From Octopus vulgaris (taxonomy: Eukaryota), in assembly GCA_951406725.2 (NCBI GenBank), contig OX597819.1:122636001-122700000 (forward strand): 64,000 nucleotides of DNA. Direction: 5' to 3'. Position 1 is the first letter of the stretch. Each line of letters starts with the position of its first letter. A program made the translations under genes and the position numbers. This document shows, in pieces, positions 29,116 to 42,959 of this stretch. The notes below the pieces were generated by a model. The model did not search any database. It saw nothing but the letters and a program-made list of their open reading frames with translations, and was not told the DNA's origin.

Positions 29116-29714
29116 CACACACATGTGGACACACAGAGGTATGTGTATGCATATATAGATGTATGTGTATATACGTAGATACACACAAACTCACAAACAG
29201 ACTCGCACATACATACACACACGCTCGCACACACACACACACACACACGCTCACACACAAACACACGCTCACACACAGAAGCATTACTGTATCAGTGCCA
29301 TATACATACGTATGTTTCTGCTAACTTTATACAAGCGGAACTCAATCTACACGCGCTACCAGCTGTATGAAGTGTGAATCAGCGGTTCTCCACCAGACTG
29401 TGGAGAAAAAACTATTTCAAATAATGCGCGGAATTCGTAAGATGAAGCGAATTTTCTCTTTTTGTTTCAGCCAGTGTGAGATGGAGATGTATAGGAAATA
29501 CCGAAGGCAAAAAATGACGCACGGGTATATTATTAGATGCTCCCTAATTTGGCTCTTTGAAATACAAGTATAACACATTTGAGTTGAAAGGGGTCTTTCT
29601 CAAGGACAGAATGCGCCGCTGGAAATCGAACTCACGCTGGGAATAGAACACTCGACTGTAAGGTCCAGGGAAAGTTTTTTTAACTACTGAATCACGCGCC
29701 TTTACATAGACAAG

Positions 29715-29762
<48 letters not shown>

Positions 29763-29809
29763 GACGCACATACACCTACCTACCTACCTACCTACCTACC
29801 TATTTCTTT

Positions 29810-31150
29810 ACTACCTACCTATTTCTTTACACAAGGGGCCAAACACAGAGAGAACAAGCAAGGACAAACAAGGACAGACAAACAGATTAAGTGGATTATA
29901 TCGACCCCGAAAGGATGAAAGGCAAAGTCGACCTCGGCGGAATTTGAACTCAGAACGTAACGGCAGACGAAATACGGCTACGCATTTCGCCCGGCGTGCT
30001 AACGTTTCTGCCAGCTCGCCGCCTTTCTACCTACCTACCTACCTTCCTACCTACATACATACATACATACATATTTCTTTTTGCCCACAAGGGGCTACAC
30101 AGAGAGGGGACAAACAAGGACAGACAAAGTGATTAAGTCGATTACATCGGCCCCAGTGCGTAACTGGTACTTTATTTATCGACCCCGAAAGGATGAAAGG
30201 CAAAGTCGACCTTGGCGGAATTTGAACGCAGCACGAAACGGCAGACGAAATACCGCAAAGCATTTCAGCCGGCGTGCTAACGTTTCTGCCAGCTCGCCGC
30301 CTTCCTACCTACCTACCTACCTACATACATACATATTTTCATACTCGTGTCTGTGGAGGACTCAGCCACTTGCAAGTTAATTTCACGAGCAGGCTGTTCT
30401 ATTGATTGGATCATCTGGAACATTCATCCTCATAATTGACGGAATACCAATTTTTTTTTTCGTTTTTTTACGTCCATCATCAGCTGCCCCACAGATATCA
30501 TTATGGTCTCGACACCTGGGCAGTACCAAGATAGACATATTAAAAGGGATCCGTGAGAAAACTCATTTAAATAAAAATATTTAGTTTTAATAGATAAACC
30601 ATGAGTTCAACTCCTGAGCCGGAGAGCGTATCAGTGTTCTTTAAAAAAGCACTTCACTTGAAGTTGTTGTAGTCATCTCTCCCTCCAGGTGTCACATTCT
30701 ACGTCAGTGGTTCCCAACCTGGTGTCCGCGGTCCCTTATTTCTTTATTCCCCACAAGGGACTAAACGTAGTGGGGACAAACAAGGACAGTTAAAGAGATT
30801 AAGTCGATTACATCGACCCCAGTGCGTAACTGGTACTTATTTAATCGACCCCGAAAGGATGAAAGGCAAAGTCGACCTCTGCGGAATTTGAACTCAGAAT
30901 GTAACGGCAGACGAAATACCTATTTCTTTACTACCTACAAGGGGCTAAACACAGAGGAGACTAACAAGGACAGACTGAGGGTTTAAGTCGATTATATCGA
31001 CCCCAGTGCGTAACTGGTACTTATTTAATCGACCCCGAAAGGTTGAAAGGCAAAGTCGACCTCAGAGGAATTTGAACTCAGAACATAACGGCAGACGAAA
31101 TACCGCTAAGCATTTCGCTCGGCGTGCTAACGTTTCTGCCAGCTCGTCAC
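29810..31150 (-). mobile_element. Cluster of SINE family B copies (29810-30025, 30072-30302, dimer 30740-31150)
   Basis: Reverse complement of family B: cgaccccgaaaggatgaaaggcaaagtcgacct..tgccagctcg. Confidence 0.85.
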
Positions 31151-31843
31151 CAGCAGCTTCCCAACCTAGTGGACCGCCAAAGTCGTACTGGAGTCCTTGA
31201 ATTAAATTCGAAATTTCATATATCAATATATATAAAAAAATGTGTTATAATACTATTCCACTGCCATACCAACAATCCAGCATACGTCCATCATCAGCTG
31301 CCCCACAGATATCATTATGGTCTCGACACCTGGGCAGTACCAAGATAGACATATTAAAAGGGATCCGTGGGAAAACTCATTTAAATAAAAAGGGTCCTCA
31401 AAAGGTGAAAAGAGAGAAACCAGAAAAGTTGCCGATGTCTGCACGTGACTACATAGATGCTTAAAATAATTAACGAAAGCATGATACATGTTACCTGGCT
31501 ATAATTACTCTACAGCACTGTAAACATTTTTTGATAACACTAAAATAATATTAAACTGGGATTAATAACATTAAAACGTGGAAATAATTTTAGATGTTAG
31601 GGTGTTGAATTACATTAATTACAAATCGAACCCAGGGTTCCGTCTGTACTTTGGAGTTTTTTGTTATTTAGTTTTATGGGTCAGATGCTAGAGAGCCGTC
31701 TTTAAGTGTCTTGGTCAGTTAGGTCGACCTCTGTACTTATGAAATATACAAATGCAAATGGACTTTGGTACAAGGAAAGATAATTCTGTCAGGCATGAGG
31801 ACTGTAGTAGGATTTCTGTTAGAATGTCACAGTTAATCCCCTT

Positions 31844-31904
<61 letters not shown>

Positions 31905-31953
31905 TGATGATGATGATGATGATAATAATGATAATAATAATAATAATAATAAC

Positions 31954-32016
<63 letters not shown>

Positions 32017-32017
<1 letters not shown>

Positions 32018-32360
32018 GTCAAGAAGAAAGGCGAAAAGATAGATAGTTACAACCCTCTGAAGTACGAAATAGCAAGACTTTGAGAAATAAAGATGGTGAA
32101 GATAGTGCCAATTATTGTTGGATCCTTGGGAACAGTATCAGAAGGCATCAAGAGGAATATAAAGGAAATTGGAATAGAGTGACCAGTAGAACTGTTACAA
32201 AAGTTTTGTCTCCTTGACACGGTCACAATAATCACGGTCTCGATAATCTGGAATGGGTATCATGGTACTGTAGGCTGCAGGTAGCAAGCCCAATACGCAT
32301 GCAAGACTCCAGGGACTCTAGGGGCTCCAGGGACTCCAACAAAACCTGTGATAATGAGAA
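32017..32360 (+). mobile_element. R4/Dong-like RLE-LINE 3' fragment within (AAT)n
   Basis: EKIDSYNPLKYEIARL*..KIVPIIVGSLGTV; same family as 35580-35900; (AAT)n on both sides. Confidence 0.8.
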
Positions 32361-32723
32361 ATAATAATAATAATAATAGCAATAATGGTTTCAAAGTTTT
32401 GTCACAAGGGCAGCCATTTTGGGGGAGGGTAAATGTCGATTACATCGACACCAGTGTTTCACTGGTACTTTATCGATCCCGAGTGGGTGGAAGAAAAAGT
32501 AGAACTCAGCGGCCTTTGAACTCAGAACGTAGCGACGGGCGAAATACCGCTAATTATTTCGTCCCGCGGGTTAACGATTCTGTCAGCTGGCCACCTTAAC
32601 ATAGAGTGCCGAAATATTGATCATTCGTTTCATTTTAATAAACTCAATCTCTATTTATTACCAATAACAGTTGCGCTCTTCTTCTTGTTTCTTTCTCTTC
32701 GTGAACAGTAACTTTAATCTTAA

Positions 32724-32794
<71 letters not shown>

Positions 32795-33232
32795 GACACA
32801 GATTGAGAAATTAAGGCCAACAGACCAGATATAGTTGTCAGAGATCATGAAGAAAAAAAATGCTTTCTAATTGATGTAACAATACCAGCAGATGACAACG
32901 TGTCTCTAAAAGAAATGGAGAAACTTTCAAAATACAAAGACCTGGAAATAGAGGTAACCAGAATGTGGAATTTAAAAACAGAAACAATTCCTATCATAGT
33001 AGGTGCATTAGGCATGATAAAAAATATTCAGACAAATACATAACAAAATCACCAGGACTTACAAACACATATAACATACGGAAAATTGCACTACTAGGCA
33101 CTGCACACATCCTACGCAGAACACTTTCAATACAGTAACCATCAGAGCATCACAACAAATCACAGCAAATACCCAAGGCACACAGAGCTGCGCTCGGTAG
33201 TGAAGTGAAAGCACGCTATAAAAATAAAACTA

Positions 33233-33237
<5 letters not shown>
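32795..33237 (+). mobile_element. R4/Dong-like RLE-LINE 3' fragment within (AAT)n
   Basis: KANRPDIVVRDHEEKKCFLIDVTIPADDNVSLKEMEKLSKYKDLEIEVTRMW (PD..D RLE endonuclease); pure (AAT)n on both sides. Confidence 0.9.
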
Positions 33238-33310
<73 letters not shown>

Positions 33311-33969
33311 GCTTTCTACTAAAGGCACAACGCCAGAAATTTGGGGAAGGGTACTAGTTGATTACATCGACCGCAGTGTTTCACTGTTACTTGATTTATC
33401 GACCCTGAAAAGATAAAAGGCAAAGCCGACCTCGTCAGAATTTGAATCCAGGATGTAAAGACGGACGAAATACAGCAAAGCATTTTGCCCTGTGTGTTAA
33501 CGATTCTGTCAGCTCGCTACCTTAACACAATAATGATGATGATAATGATGATTATAACTCTTTCTACTACAGGCTCACAGCCTAAAATTTGGGAAGGGTA
33601 CTAGTTGGCAATATAAACCCCAATATTCCCCTGGTACTTGATTTACGAGCGAGTTCCCCGCGAAGTTGGATTAAATCTGTGATTATCAGCAAACATGATT
33701 TGTGAAACAGCAAAAATATGAAAGAAAATTGGTCCCTGATGTAAATTAGATCAGGATACCGAAATATTTCCCTCTTATATGAAATATAGGTTCCTGTCAG
33801 GCACGTTGTCGCAGCAAAACAAGAGTGTGAGACGTGCAGTGGTGCGACTTGCCTGTACATGAGTTGAAACAATACGCGAGAATGCGAGGTTGCTACAGAA
33901 AGACACTCTGAGTACAAGTAATAATCGTATATGCAATATCATCTCTACACATAAATGTAAAAAAAAATG

Positions 33970-34460
33970 TTCCTTCTCGAGCCATGCCAGGATCATAAGG
34001 GGCGGTTTCCCGGTTTCGGTGGCGTAGAAATTCTCCACCTGGACGGGACTCCGGTCCATCGTAGGATTACTCATTTCTTTATTTCTTTACTACCCACAAG
34101 GGGCTAAACACAGAGGGGACAAACAAGGACAGACAAACGGATTAAGTCGATTCTATCGAGCCCAGTGCGTAACTGGTACTTATTTAATCGAACTCGAAAG
34201 GATGAAAGGCAAAGTCGACCTCGACGGAATTTGAACTCGGAACGTAGCGGCAGACGAAATACCTCTAAGCAATTCACCCGGCGTGCTAACGGTTCTGCCA
34301 GCTCGCCGCCTTATTACTCATTTTTGCCAGCTGAGTGGACTGGAGCAACGTGAAATGAAGTGTTTTGCTCAAGAACACAACGCATCGCCTGGTCCAGGAA
34401 TCGAAACCACGACCATACGATCATGAGTTCAACACCCTAACCATTAAGCCACGCGCCTCC
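33970..34460 (-). mobile_element. SINE family C interrupted by SINE B (about 34078-34311)
   Basis: Minus-strand tRNA-like head ggaggcgcgtggcttaatggttagggtg; duplicated ttactcattt flanks the nested SINE B. Confidence 0.8.
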
Positions 34461-34689
34461 ACTACACATAAATGTAGTGTTTACATAATTCACACATGCA
34501 CCTGTACACCTCGTACATAAACAAGACAACGGAGAGCCTACAGTGTTTAAACAAATTAAAAGAGACACAAGATAATAACAATAAATATACAATGTAACAC
34601 GTCTCATTTTAAATAGATGTTCTCGGAAATAAAACTTCGAAAGCAAATAAAGGCTAATTTCTATCCATGGGCTTCAGGCGCTTAAGATA

Positions 34690-35900
34690 CGAAAACAAAA
34701 ATAGCATACAACGAAAGACGGTGAGCGGCGGAAAAGTTACCTCTGAACAGGAAGGCCCCTCTACTGATGTCACTGCCCAAGTGGAATGCAAAATCAAAAG
34801 AGTTGAATGCAGAGAGAAAAGTAGACAGGAGGAATAGGGAAATGGTGATTGGGCTGTAAAGGATAAGGAACTGGAACATTATACTGTGAGCCCTGATATT
34901 ATGGTTGGTTGACATGCAGAGGAAATGAACCAACTAGAATTGCTTGAAATTCAAAGACGACTCACCACAAGAAAAAAATCCCCATGAATACGTAAAGAGT
35001 AGATGGGAATATGATAAATAAAGTAACAGAAAAGATAAATATGGCCTCCAGGCGGAGGACATAACACAAACAAGGAATCTTCTCCGAGCTATAGTACTAC
35101 TTGCTCAGGAGAAATTACTACGTAAGAAAACAAAAAATGGTGGAAACGACGCATTGAAAGGGACATAATACGGGCAAGGCAAGATCTAGGAAAAACTGAG
35201 CAATGGTTAAGAGGTGGGTCAACCTTAGGAATGAGACAATTGCTCATTCCATTGTCTCCGATGTGTTGCATTTGTAAAAGAGTGTATGAAACCATTGACC
35301 ATATCACGAACGAATGCCATAGACTTGCCTCAAACAACTACAAGTTGTGGTGACATGATCAGGTGGCGAAAGTGCTACATTCGAAACCGTGCGCAAAGTT
35401 GGGGTTGGAGAGAAGCAAGACGTGGTATGATCACAAACCGCAATGAGTGGTGGAGTCGGAGATCAGCAAAGTCATCTGGGATTTCCTAATCCAAACAGAC
35501 CGGGTGCTAGAGCATACGGACCGGACAAAACGCACCATATGTGCTATATAGTTGATGTTGCATTCCCCTTTAACCTACGAATAGTCAAGATGGAAGGCGA
35601 AAACATAGATAAATGCAACACTCTTAAGTACGAAATAGCCCAGCTATAGAAAATGAAGACGGTGAAGATAGTGCCAATTATTGTTGGGTCCTTGGGAACA
35701 GTATCAGAAGGCATCAAGGGGATTATCAAATTGGAATACAGTGCCCAGTAGAATTCTTACAAAAGTTTGGCCCCCATAATAATCAGAAAAGTATTAGATT
35801 GCTGAAAAGAACGGATAGCATGGTACCGTAGGTTGCAGATAGTAAGCCCGCTACGCATGCAAGACTCCAGGAGTTCCAACAAAACCTGTGATAAAAAGAA
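34690..35900 (+). mobile_element. Internally deleted R4/Dong-like LINE
   Basis: Degenerate CCHC (MCCICKRVYETIDHITNEC) and RLE motifs; 3' end caaaacctgtgata followed by (AAT)n. The 5' boundary is uncertain. Confidence 0.65.
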
Positions 35901-35909
35901 ATGATAATA

Positions 35910-35948
<39 letters not shown>

Positions 35949-35981
35949 GCTATCAAATTATGGTGATTGTGCTTGAATAGA

Positions 35982-36560
35982 TCAGGGATCAGAGTTAAAT
36001 AAATGCCCTGATGCAGTACCAGGCAGTGGCTCTCATGGCTTCTGATCTTAACTGATTGGAAGTGTTATCATGTACATTGTTTTGTCTTGGTATAAAAGAT
36101 GGGCTACAGCAAATATTCTGCTCAATACCACAGATTTGCTTGTCAGTTGTTTGACCTTAACCAGTTGAGCATGTCCCTTAGTGGCTGACGATATGTGCAT
36201 CTCTGATCACGAGCAGAAGTAGTGGGGGAGCATCATAGCCATGTGTTGAGAGGGATTCTTTGGGGTTTGAATAGTTCACCTCTGGAAACATGGGTGGTCC
36301 TTTCAACATCCTTAAACAACCCTTATTCAGGGACCGTTTGAGCGGGATGGGCTACTCAACCTGAAGAAAATTCTAACTGGGCCCCACCTGCAAGGTCATG
36401 TGCTGTTTATCTTGATATGAGATCACCATGTCGCGCACATATGGTTGTGATGCATGTGTCTGGTGTACATTTATCAGACGGGTAGTCATGATGGGTATAT
36501 TGGGCTTCGTATATTTTACCCCAGTGTCACTTTGATGGCATGAACTGCTCTCTCACTCAA
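35982..36560 (+). mobile_element. ~580-bp non-coding (AAT)n-tailed repeat, copy 1
   Basis: Highly similar to 38762-39270; both end ctctctcactcaat followed by (AAT)n. Confidence 0.8.
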
Positions 36561-36575
36561 TGATAATAATAATAA

Positions 36576-37635
36576 AGAGCAATAAGTTCGCTACTTAACT
36601 CTTAGATACCTACCAGATTGATCAGGTTGAAGGAAATGCGCCAAGTGCTGCTGCGAAGAAAATAAAATTTATTGCAAAAGCGCATGAAAATTCAGCAGAT
36701 GAGAACAGAAACCTCTCCATGGCAAGTAGTTGGCCCGTACCAAACAAGCTGATGTCGACCAGAAACACACGCACCAATGGTTACGAAGTTCAGGGCTAAA
36801 AGCAGAGAGTGAAGGTTTCATATTAGCTGCTCAAGACCAAAGCTTATTAACCCGGAACTAAAAAGCCAAAGTGATAAAAAATGGAGCTGACCAAAAATGC
36901 CGATTATGTAACGATGAGATTGAAACTATAGGCCACTTAATCTCAGTGTGTAGAGTCTTAGCACCTGTAGAATATAAAGCAAGATATGACAGAGTCGGCC
37001 AGTATTTACACTGGACAATATGTCGGCATTATAAAATCAAAACCGCTGACAAATGGTATAAACACCATCCTGAAGCTGTGACTGAGGGAGAAAATGTGTC
37101 GATTCTCTGGGACTACCCTGTACATACCAATAACACTATAAAAGCTAATAAACCGGATATTATTATAAAAGATCAGACAAAAAGGATGTGTTTATTAATT
37201 GACATGGGTATTTCTTGCGATCACAATATAGCGGCGAAAGAATTTGACAAGATCAGTAAATATAAAGACTTGCTAATAGAAATTGAAAAAAATGTGGCAT
37301 CTCAAGTAGACTACAGTACCAGTGATTGTAGGATCTCTAGGAATGATTAAAAAAAAGGTATTGAAACCTATTTGAAAATGATACCAGGCTTACCATCCCT
37401 TGTGCAAAAAATCATGTTAACTGGAACGACTCATGTACTGAGAAGAGCATTATCGCAGTGACAACAGCATCCATTCATGAATATATATATTTATTTATTT
37501 TTTTAAATATATTTTTTACTTGTGAATTTGCGTGTGTAATCTGGGAATGCATACAATGAGCTTCTCTGCCCTAGGTGTACGGAAAACACTCGGCGAGAAA
37601 TGGAAGAAATTTTTGAAGACTGAAGGAAAAAAAAC
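36576..37635 (+). mobile_element. R4/Dong-like RLE-LINE 3' fragment (pseudogenised)
   Basis: WLRSSGLKAESEGFILAAQDQSL; CRLCNDEIETIGHLISVC zinc knuckle; KANKPDIII..LIDM..KISKYKDL; in-frame stops; ends in aataataat. Confidence 0.9.
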
Positions 37636-37749
37636 AATAATAATGATAATTATAATAATTGATTTCAAAGTTTTGGTAGAATGCTGATTGTTTACTATGT
37701 AAATAAGGCACAAAGAAAGCACTACTCCTTCAAGTAAAGAATGTCAGTT

Positions 37750-38560
37750 TATTACATATGCAAAGCGGTCTGGGAAAAACAAGTAGAAAAATAAGAAGAT
37801 TCACGGTCAGTTCTTGAGAGAGATACCAAGAGACATAGACGCAGATAAAAGTGACCTAAAATTTGAAACAGAGGCCTTGGGATGTGCATTAGAGGAACGA
37901 GTGCGGCGAACAAATTGCATCTAACAAAGAATTGGCCAGTGAGCAGAATCTGACAGCTTTTGAATGTGTAGTGAAATTGAAGAGATGGTATGGCATCACT
38001 TTTAAGTGAATGCAGCAAATTGGCCCAGAGAGAATGCAAGAGAAGTCATGGAAAGAGTAGTTCTTTGGGAACTATGTAACACTTTTGGATAGGGAAATGT
38101 GTGAAAAATGGTAAAAAAAAAACGAGTCAAAGGATATGGTAGAAAATGACAAAGCAATGTTACTCTGGGGCGTCATGATTCAGTATAATCATAGAATCGA
38201 ACACCGGAAAGGAAGAGAAAACATGTCTGGTCAATGACCTCGCTTGCCCTGGAGGAAACAGAATCGTCGAAGAAGACAAAAATACAGAAGAAACTACGAG
38301 ATATGAAAACTCTGAGGAGCGAAACCAAAGAGCTGTGGTCAACGAAAAAAAAAATGTACCAAGCACCAATAAGTTTTGATACTTTAGGTATAACCAACAA
38401 AAAAAAAAAGAAAAAGAAAAAAGGAAAAAAACCCCAGAAAAATTGAAAATTGGTTGGAAAAAATAAGAAGAAAAATGAAAATAGAGAATATTCAGAAAAC
38501 AGCACTGGTTGGCAGTGCAAAGTATCTGAAAAGTTCTCAAGGTTTGAAAAGTACCATTTT
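37750..38560 (+). mobile_element. Heavily decayed R4/Dong-like LINE fragment
   Basis: Residual SECSKLAQRECKR and similar C-terminal motifs with many disruptions. Confidence 0.55.
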
Positions 38561-38683
38561 AGTTCACGGGAAGCGAACAGATGGTACAAAAATGACACCT
38601 CAAGCAACATGATGAGTATGCTAGTAGTAGTAATAGCAGCAGCAGTAGTAGTAGTGATGATGATGATGATAATAATAATGATG

Positions 38684-38761
<78 letters not shown>

Positions 38762-39270
38762 CCGATTGGAAGTGTTATCATGTACATTGTTTTGTGTTGA
38801 TATAAAAGATGGGTTTCCAGCAAATATTCTGCTCAATACCACAGATTTGTTTGTTAGTTGTTTGACCATAACCAGTTGAGCATGTCCCTTAGTGGCTGAC
38901 GATATGTGAATCTCTGATCACGAGCAGAAGTAGTGGGGGAGCATCATAGCCATGTGTTGAGAGGGATTCTTTGGGGTTTAAATAGTTCACCTCTGGAAAA
39001 AGGGTGGTTCGTTCAACATCCTTAAACAATCCTTATTCAGGAATATTTTGATCGAGATGGGCTATTCGACCAGAAGAAAATTCTAACTGGGCTCCACCTG
39101 CGAGGTCATGCGCTGTTTATCTTGATATGAGATCACTATGTCGCACACATATGGTTGTGATGCATGTGCCTGGCGTACCCTTATCAGACGGGCAGTCGTG
39201 ATGGGTATACTGGGCTTCGTATATTTTACCCCAGTGTCACTTTGATGGCATGCACTGCTCTCTCACTCAA
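38762..39270 (+). mobile_element. Non-coding (AAT)n-tailed repeat, 5'-truncated copy 2
   Basis: Aligns to about 36050-36560; (AAT)n on both sides. Confidence 0.8.
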
Positions 39271-39309
39271 TAATGATAATAATGATAACAATAATAGTAA
39301 TAATAATAA

Positions 39310-39570
39310 TTAGAAACTGAAGCACTTGTATTCGCAGCACAAGAGCAAGCATTGAGGACAAACTATGTGAAGTGCAAAATTGGTAACACGACTGAAAGAG
39401 ACAAATGTAGAATGCATGGTGAGAGGAAGGATATAGTGTGGGACAGAGTAATTGTTCGAAACTGGAACAACGTGAATGCAAAAGACAACATGACAATTTG
39501 GCAAGAATGATCTATTGGGAGCTCAGTGGAAATTATGGACTAGAAAGATCAAAGCCGTGGTGTGACCACT
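39310..39570 (+). mobile_element. R4/Dong-like LINE fragment
   Basis: ETEALVFAAQEQALRTNYVKCKI..DKCRMHGE, directly after (AAT)n. Confidence 0.8.
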
Positions 39571-39599
39571 TTCCTCTCCACTTTCACTTTCGATTCTAA

Positions 39600-40370
39600 G
39601 TTGTATTGAAAAAAAGTTTATGGCGGTTTGCCCTCAATCATTTCAACTTCGTCAACGCACAACCTCTTTCGCCATAGGCAGACAAAGGCAAAGTGTCTTC
39701 TCAGTCCTACGGAAGGAGGAACATGAGGTGATCTTCAATATAGACTCGGCAGGAAACCGGATTCATCCTATATGAGACAACGGTTTTTCGGCATTAGGCC
39801 ACTTTACAATGGTCAGACACGGCACGAGTTTGAGTAGTCCGGATTCGTCGTTGTGAATGCCTCTCAAATAGTCCCGCCTCTCAGCGCTTTCGTGCCTGTA
39901 GAGTTTATCTCGGAACAATGGTAAGCTTTGGTCGTAAGCCTCGGTAGCCAAATATTTCTGGAAGTTATTCATCATGAACACCGGCTTGGAATTTCTGCAG
40001 AACAAAACAATCCAGATTCTCCACGAACCTCATCGCTCTTATCCATAACCAGTCATCTGTAAATTTCTCGGTGAAAACTCTACTGCTTGTATTGGTTGGA
40101 AGGCGGCTGACGACATTCCAGGTACAAGGCACTCAATCTTGTTTCATATTTTATCCAGGATTGAAGATCCGTCAGATAAGCAACAGAAATGCGTGATTTT
40201 TATACATAAGCCACACTTTCTCACTGCCATGAAATCTCTGCAGTTGATGGGTCTTCAATCCGTGTCTTTACGTTCCAGAGAGCACTAACGACTGATAGAT
40301 TACTTGAGCAGTGAAGGTGTCCCTTACACAAGAAGAGATAAGCAAACGCACCAATTTGGTCAAACTGGGA
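39600..40370 (-). mobile_element. Decayed L1/Tx1-like LINE C-terminal region
   Basis: ORF 39763-40005 LPLFRDKLYRH..NDES..LVPC..W resembles the zf-RVT region (LPxxDKL..CxxC..E...H...C) with the cysteines decayed. Confidence 0.5.
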
Positions 40371-40991
40371 CATCATAATCCTTTCTAATAAAAGCAACAA
40401 CACTGAAATTTGAGGGGAGGGGGATAGTCGATTACATCGACCCCTGTTTTCCACTGGTACTTAATTTAACGATCTCGAAGGATGAAAGGCAAAGTCTACC
40501 TCGACGGAATTTGAACCCAGAACATAAAGACGGACGAAACACGCAAAGCATTTTGTCCTGTGTGCTAACCATTCTACCAGCACGTCACCTTGGACTGGGG
40601 CATAATAATCATAATGAGATTTATATTTGCCGCAGGGGCGTTTGATGATGGTGACATTGCAAAAACAGGTTACACATAGTGTGTGTAGAGGGTAACATGA
40701 AATCGGATGTGGCGGAAAAAGTAAAAATAAAAGCGAAAAGAATGAGATAATCTACATACACGTGACTGGCATCGAGTACGCAGCAGTAAGCTGCCTCCCC
40801 ATAGCCGCAGGCATGAGCATGTGGTTAAGAAGACGGTTTTGCAATATTTGGATCTAGGTTCAGTCTCACTTCTCTTCTAAAATATAGCACCTGGCGGACC
40901 AATGTTTTGTGAATGCGTTGCGTAGACTGAAGCTGGCTGAAAGACTACCGTATATACACACACACACACATACACACACACACACACACAT

Positions 40992-41044
<53 letters not shown>

Positions 41045-41054
41045 CATACATACC

Positions 41055-41146
<92 letters not shown>

Positions 41147-41470
41147 CATATATATATATATATATTGAAGTAGATAAATGAATTATCTTATTAACGGATA
41201 ATTCAAGTGATAACCGATACCTGGGTAGCAAAAATCACAACAGAAAGAGCTCGGTTGAAGTTACGACCATGGGGCATAAAATCCGTACCTTAGTGCGGAA
41301 ATTTGAAGTTTTATATATTAAGTATAGGAAATAATGGAGCTGAACGAAGATTTAACAAAATTCCTTTATTTTATTTTCGACATATGTTAGGGACTTTGCA
41401 GACTTCGAAACATATGTCGAAAATAAAATAAAGGAATTTCGTTAAATCTTCGTTCTGCTCCATTCTTTCC

Positions 41471-41544
<74 letters not shown>

Positions 41545-41933
41545 TTATGAATTCTCCTTTTCGTGGTTTTGGTTCTAACTGGCCTTTTTAGCATGTAAGG
41601 AGTCCGGTCAGTCGTCTCCTCTTTGTGTATAAAAGTATATATATATATATATATATATACACGCACACACATTAATTCATCACAGTATTCATCACTAATT
41701 GTGACTTTATGTGCTACAAGCACATATCTTGCTTGAAATAGCTGTTAAACCATTTATAGCTGGAAAAAGTACATTTATATAAACTGACAGGGTAGATAAC
41801 TGTCCCATGAGCGAAGAACATTTTGCCTATACAGTTTATATTGCACCCAGCAGTCCATATTAATTCTATACTGTGTGTGTGTTGCTTGAATATAACAAAA
41901 TCGATTTATTTCCATAGCTGCCGATAGCGTAAA

Positions 41934-42020
41934 ACCTACGGTCGTTTCAATATCCACCTTGATTCATTTTACAACCAATTACTGCACTATGAACCTAAAA
42001 AGTAGATATCTCTTCAGGGC
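41934..42020 (-). ncRNA. Hammerhead motif with long loop II (left arm of an inverted repeat)
   Basis: Minus strand gcc CTGAAGA GATATCTAC ..~50 nt.. GTGGATATT GAAACGACCGTA ggt. Confidence 0.75.
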
Positions 42021-42342
42021 AAAAATCGACATATTCTCTTCACATCCTAATTAGTTCTTTTAGATGAATGATATTATTTGACCTAAATTCTATGAGACAA
42101 TACTAGCCACTATCCTGCTGTTGGCCAAACTTTAAATTTGGCTATTTTTAGAACTGAATTCCAAAGACAAATAAACTGAAGTACACAAGCTGACGCACAC
42201 ACGTACGCACATACATAGAAAGATACATAGGACAATTCAGCTTCAATACTAACACACATTCACACACAAAAACGCATGCTGCTATATTAGTCTATAATGA
42301 TCGTTCTATCTATTAGGATGTAAAGAGACTATGTCGATTTTT

Positions 42343-42429
42343 GCCCTGAAGAGATATCTAAATTTTAGGTTCATAATGCAATTATTAATTGTAAAATGAA
42401 TGACGGTGAGTATTGAAACGATTGTAGGC
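42343..42429 (+). ncRNA. Hammerhead motif with long loop II (right arm)
   Basis: gcc CTGAAGA gatatc..gagtatt GAAACGATTGTA ggc. Confidence 0.7.
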
Positions 42430-42857
42430 CTTACGTAATCGACAGACATGTAAATAAATTGATTTTGCTGTATTCAAACTCTCCATTTTCTTTATATTAT
42501 ATTATACTACAGTTATTATGTTCGCAAATATCGAATCAGGTGAAAACTTCTAAAAGGACTACTGGAACTCTATAATGTGTACAGTACTAGTGTCAAAAAA
42601 GTACTAATACTAACACAGAGAAATAAATTCCAGTATATTCAGATATATGGATAAACCGGCGTAAGCTTGGATGTAAGACATCCCTGGAAGGAACATCCCT
42701 TTCTTTACAAAATCTCATATATAAGGTTCGAAAATTGATTAACGTTGTTCCTCATTTTTTCAGTCTTCGGAGAAAGGGCTAAAATTTGCCCTGTTTATAA
42801 TTATAGTACATGTTACACACACACACATACACACACACGCACACACACACATCACAC

Positions 42858-42901
<44 letters not shown>

Positions 42902-42959
42902 ACAAACACACACACACGCACACACACACATATATATAATATGTGATAATTATTCGGTT

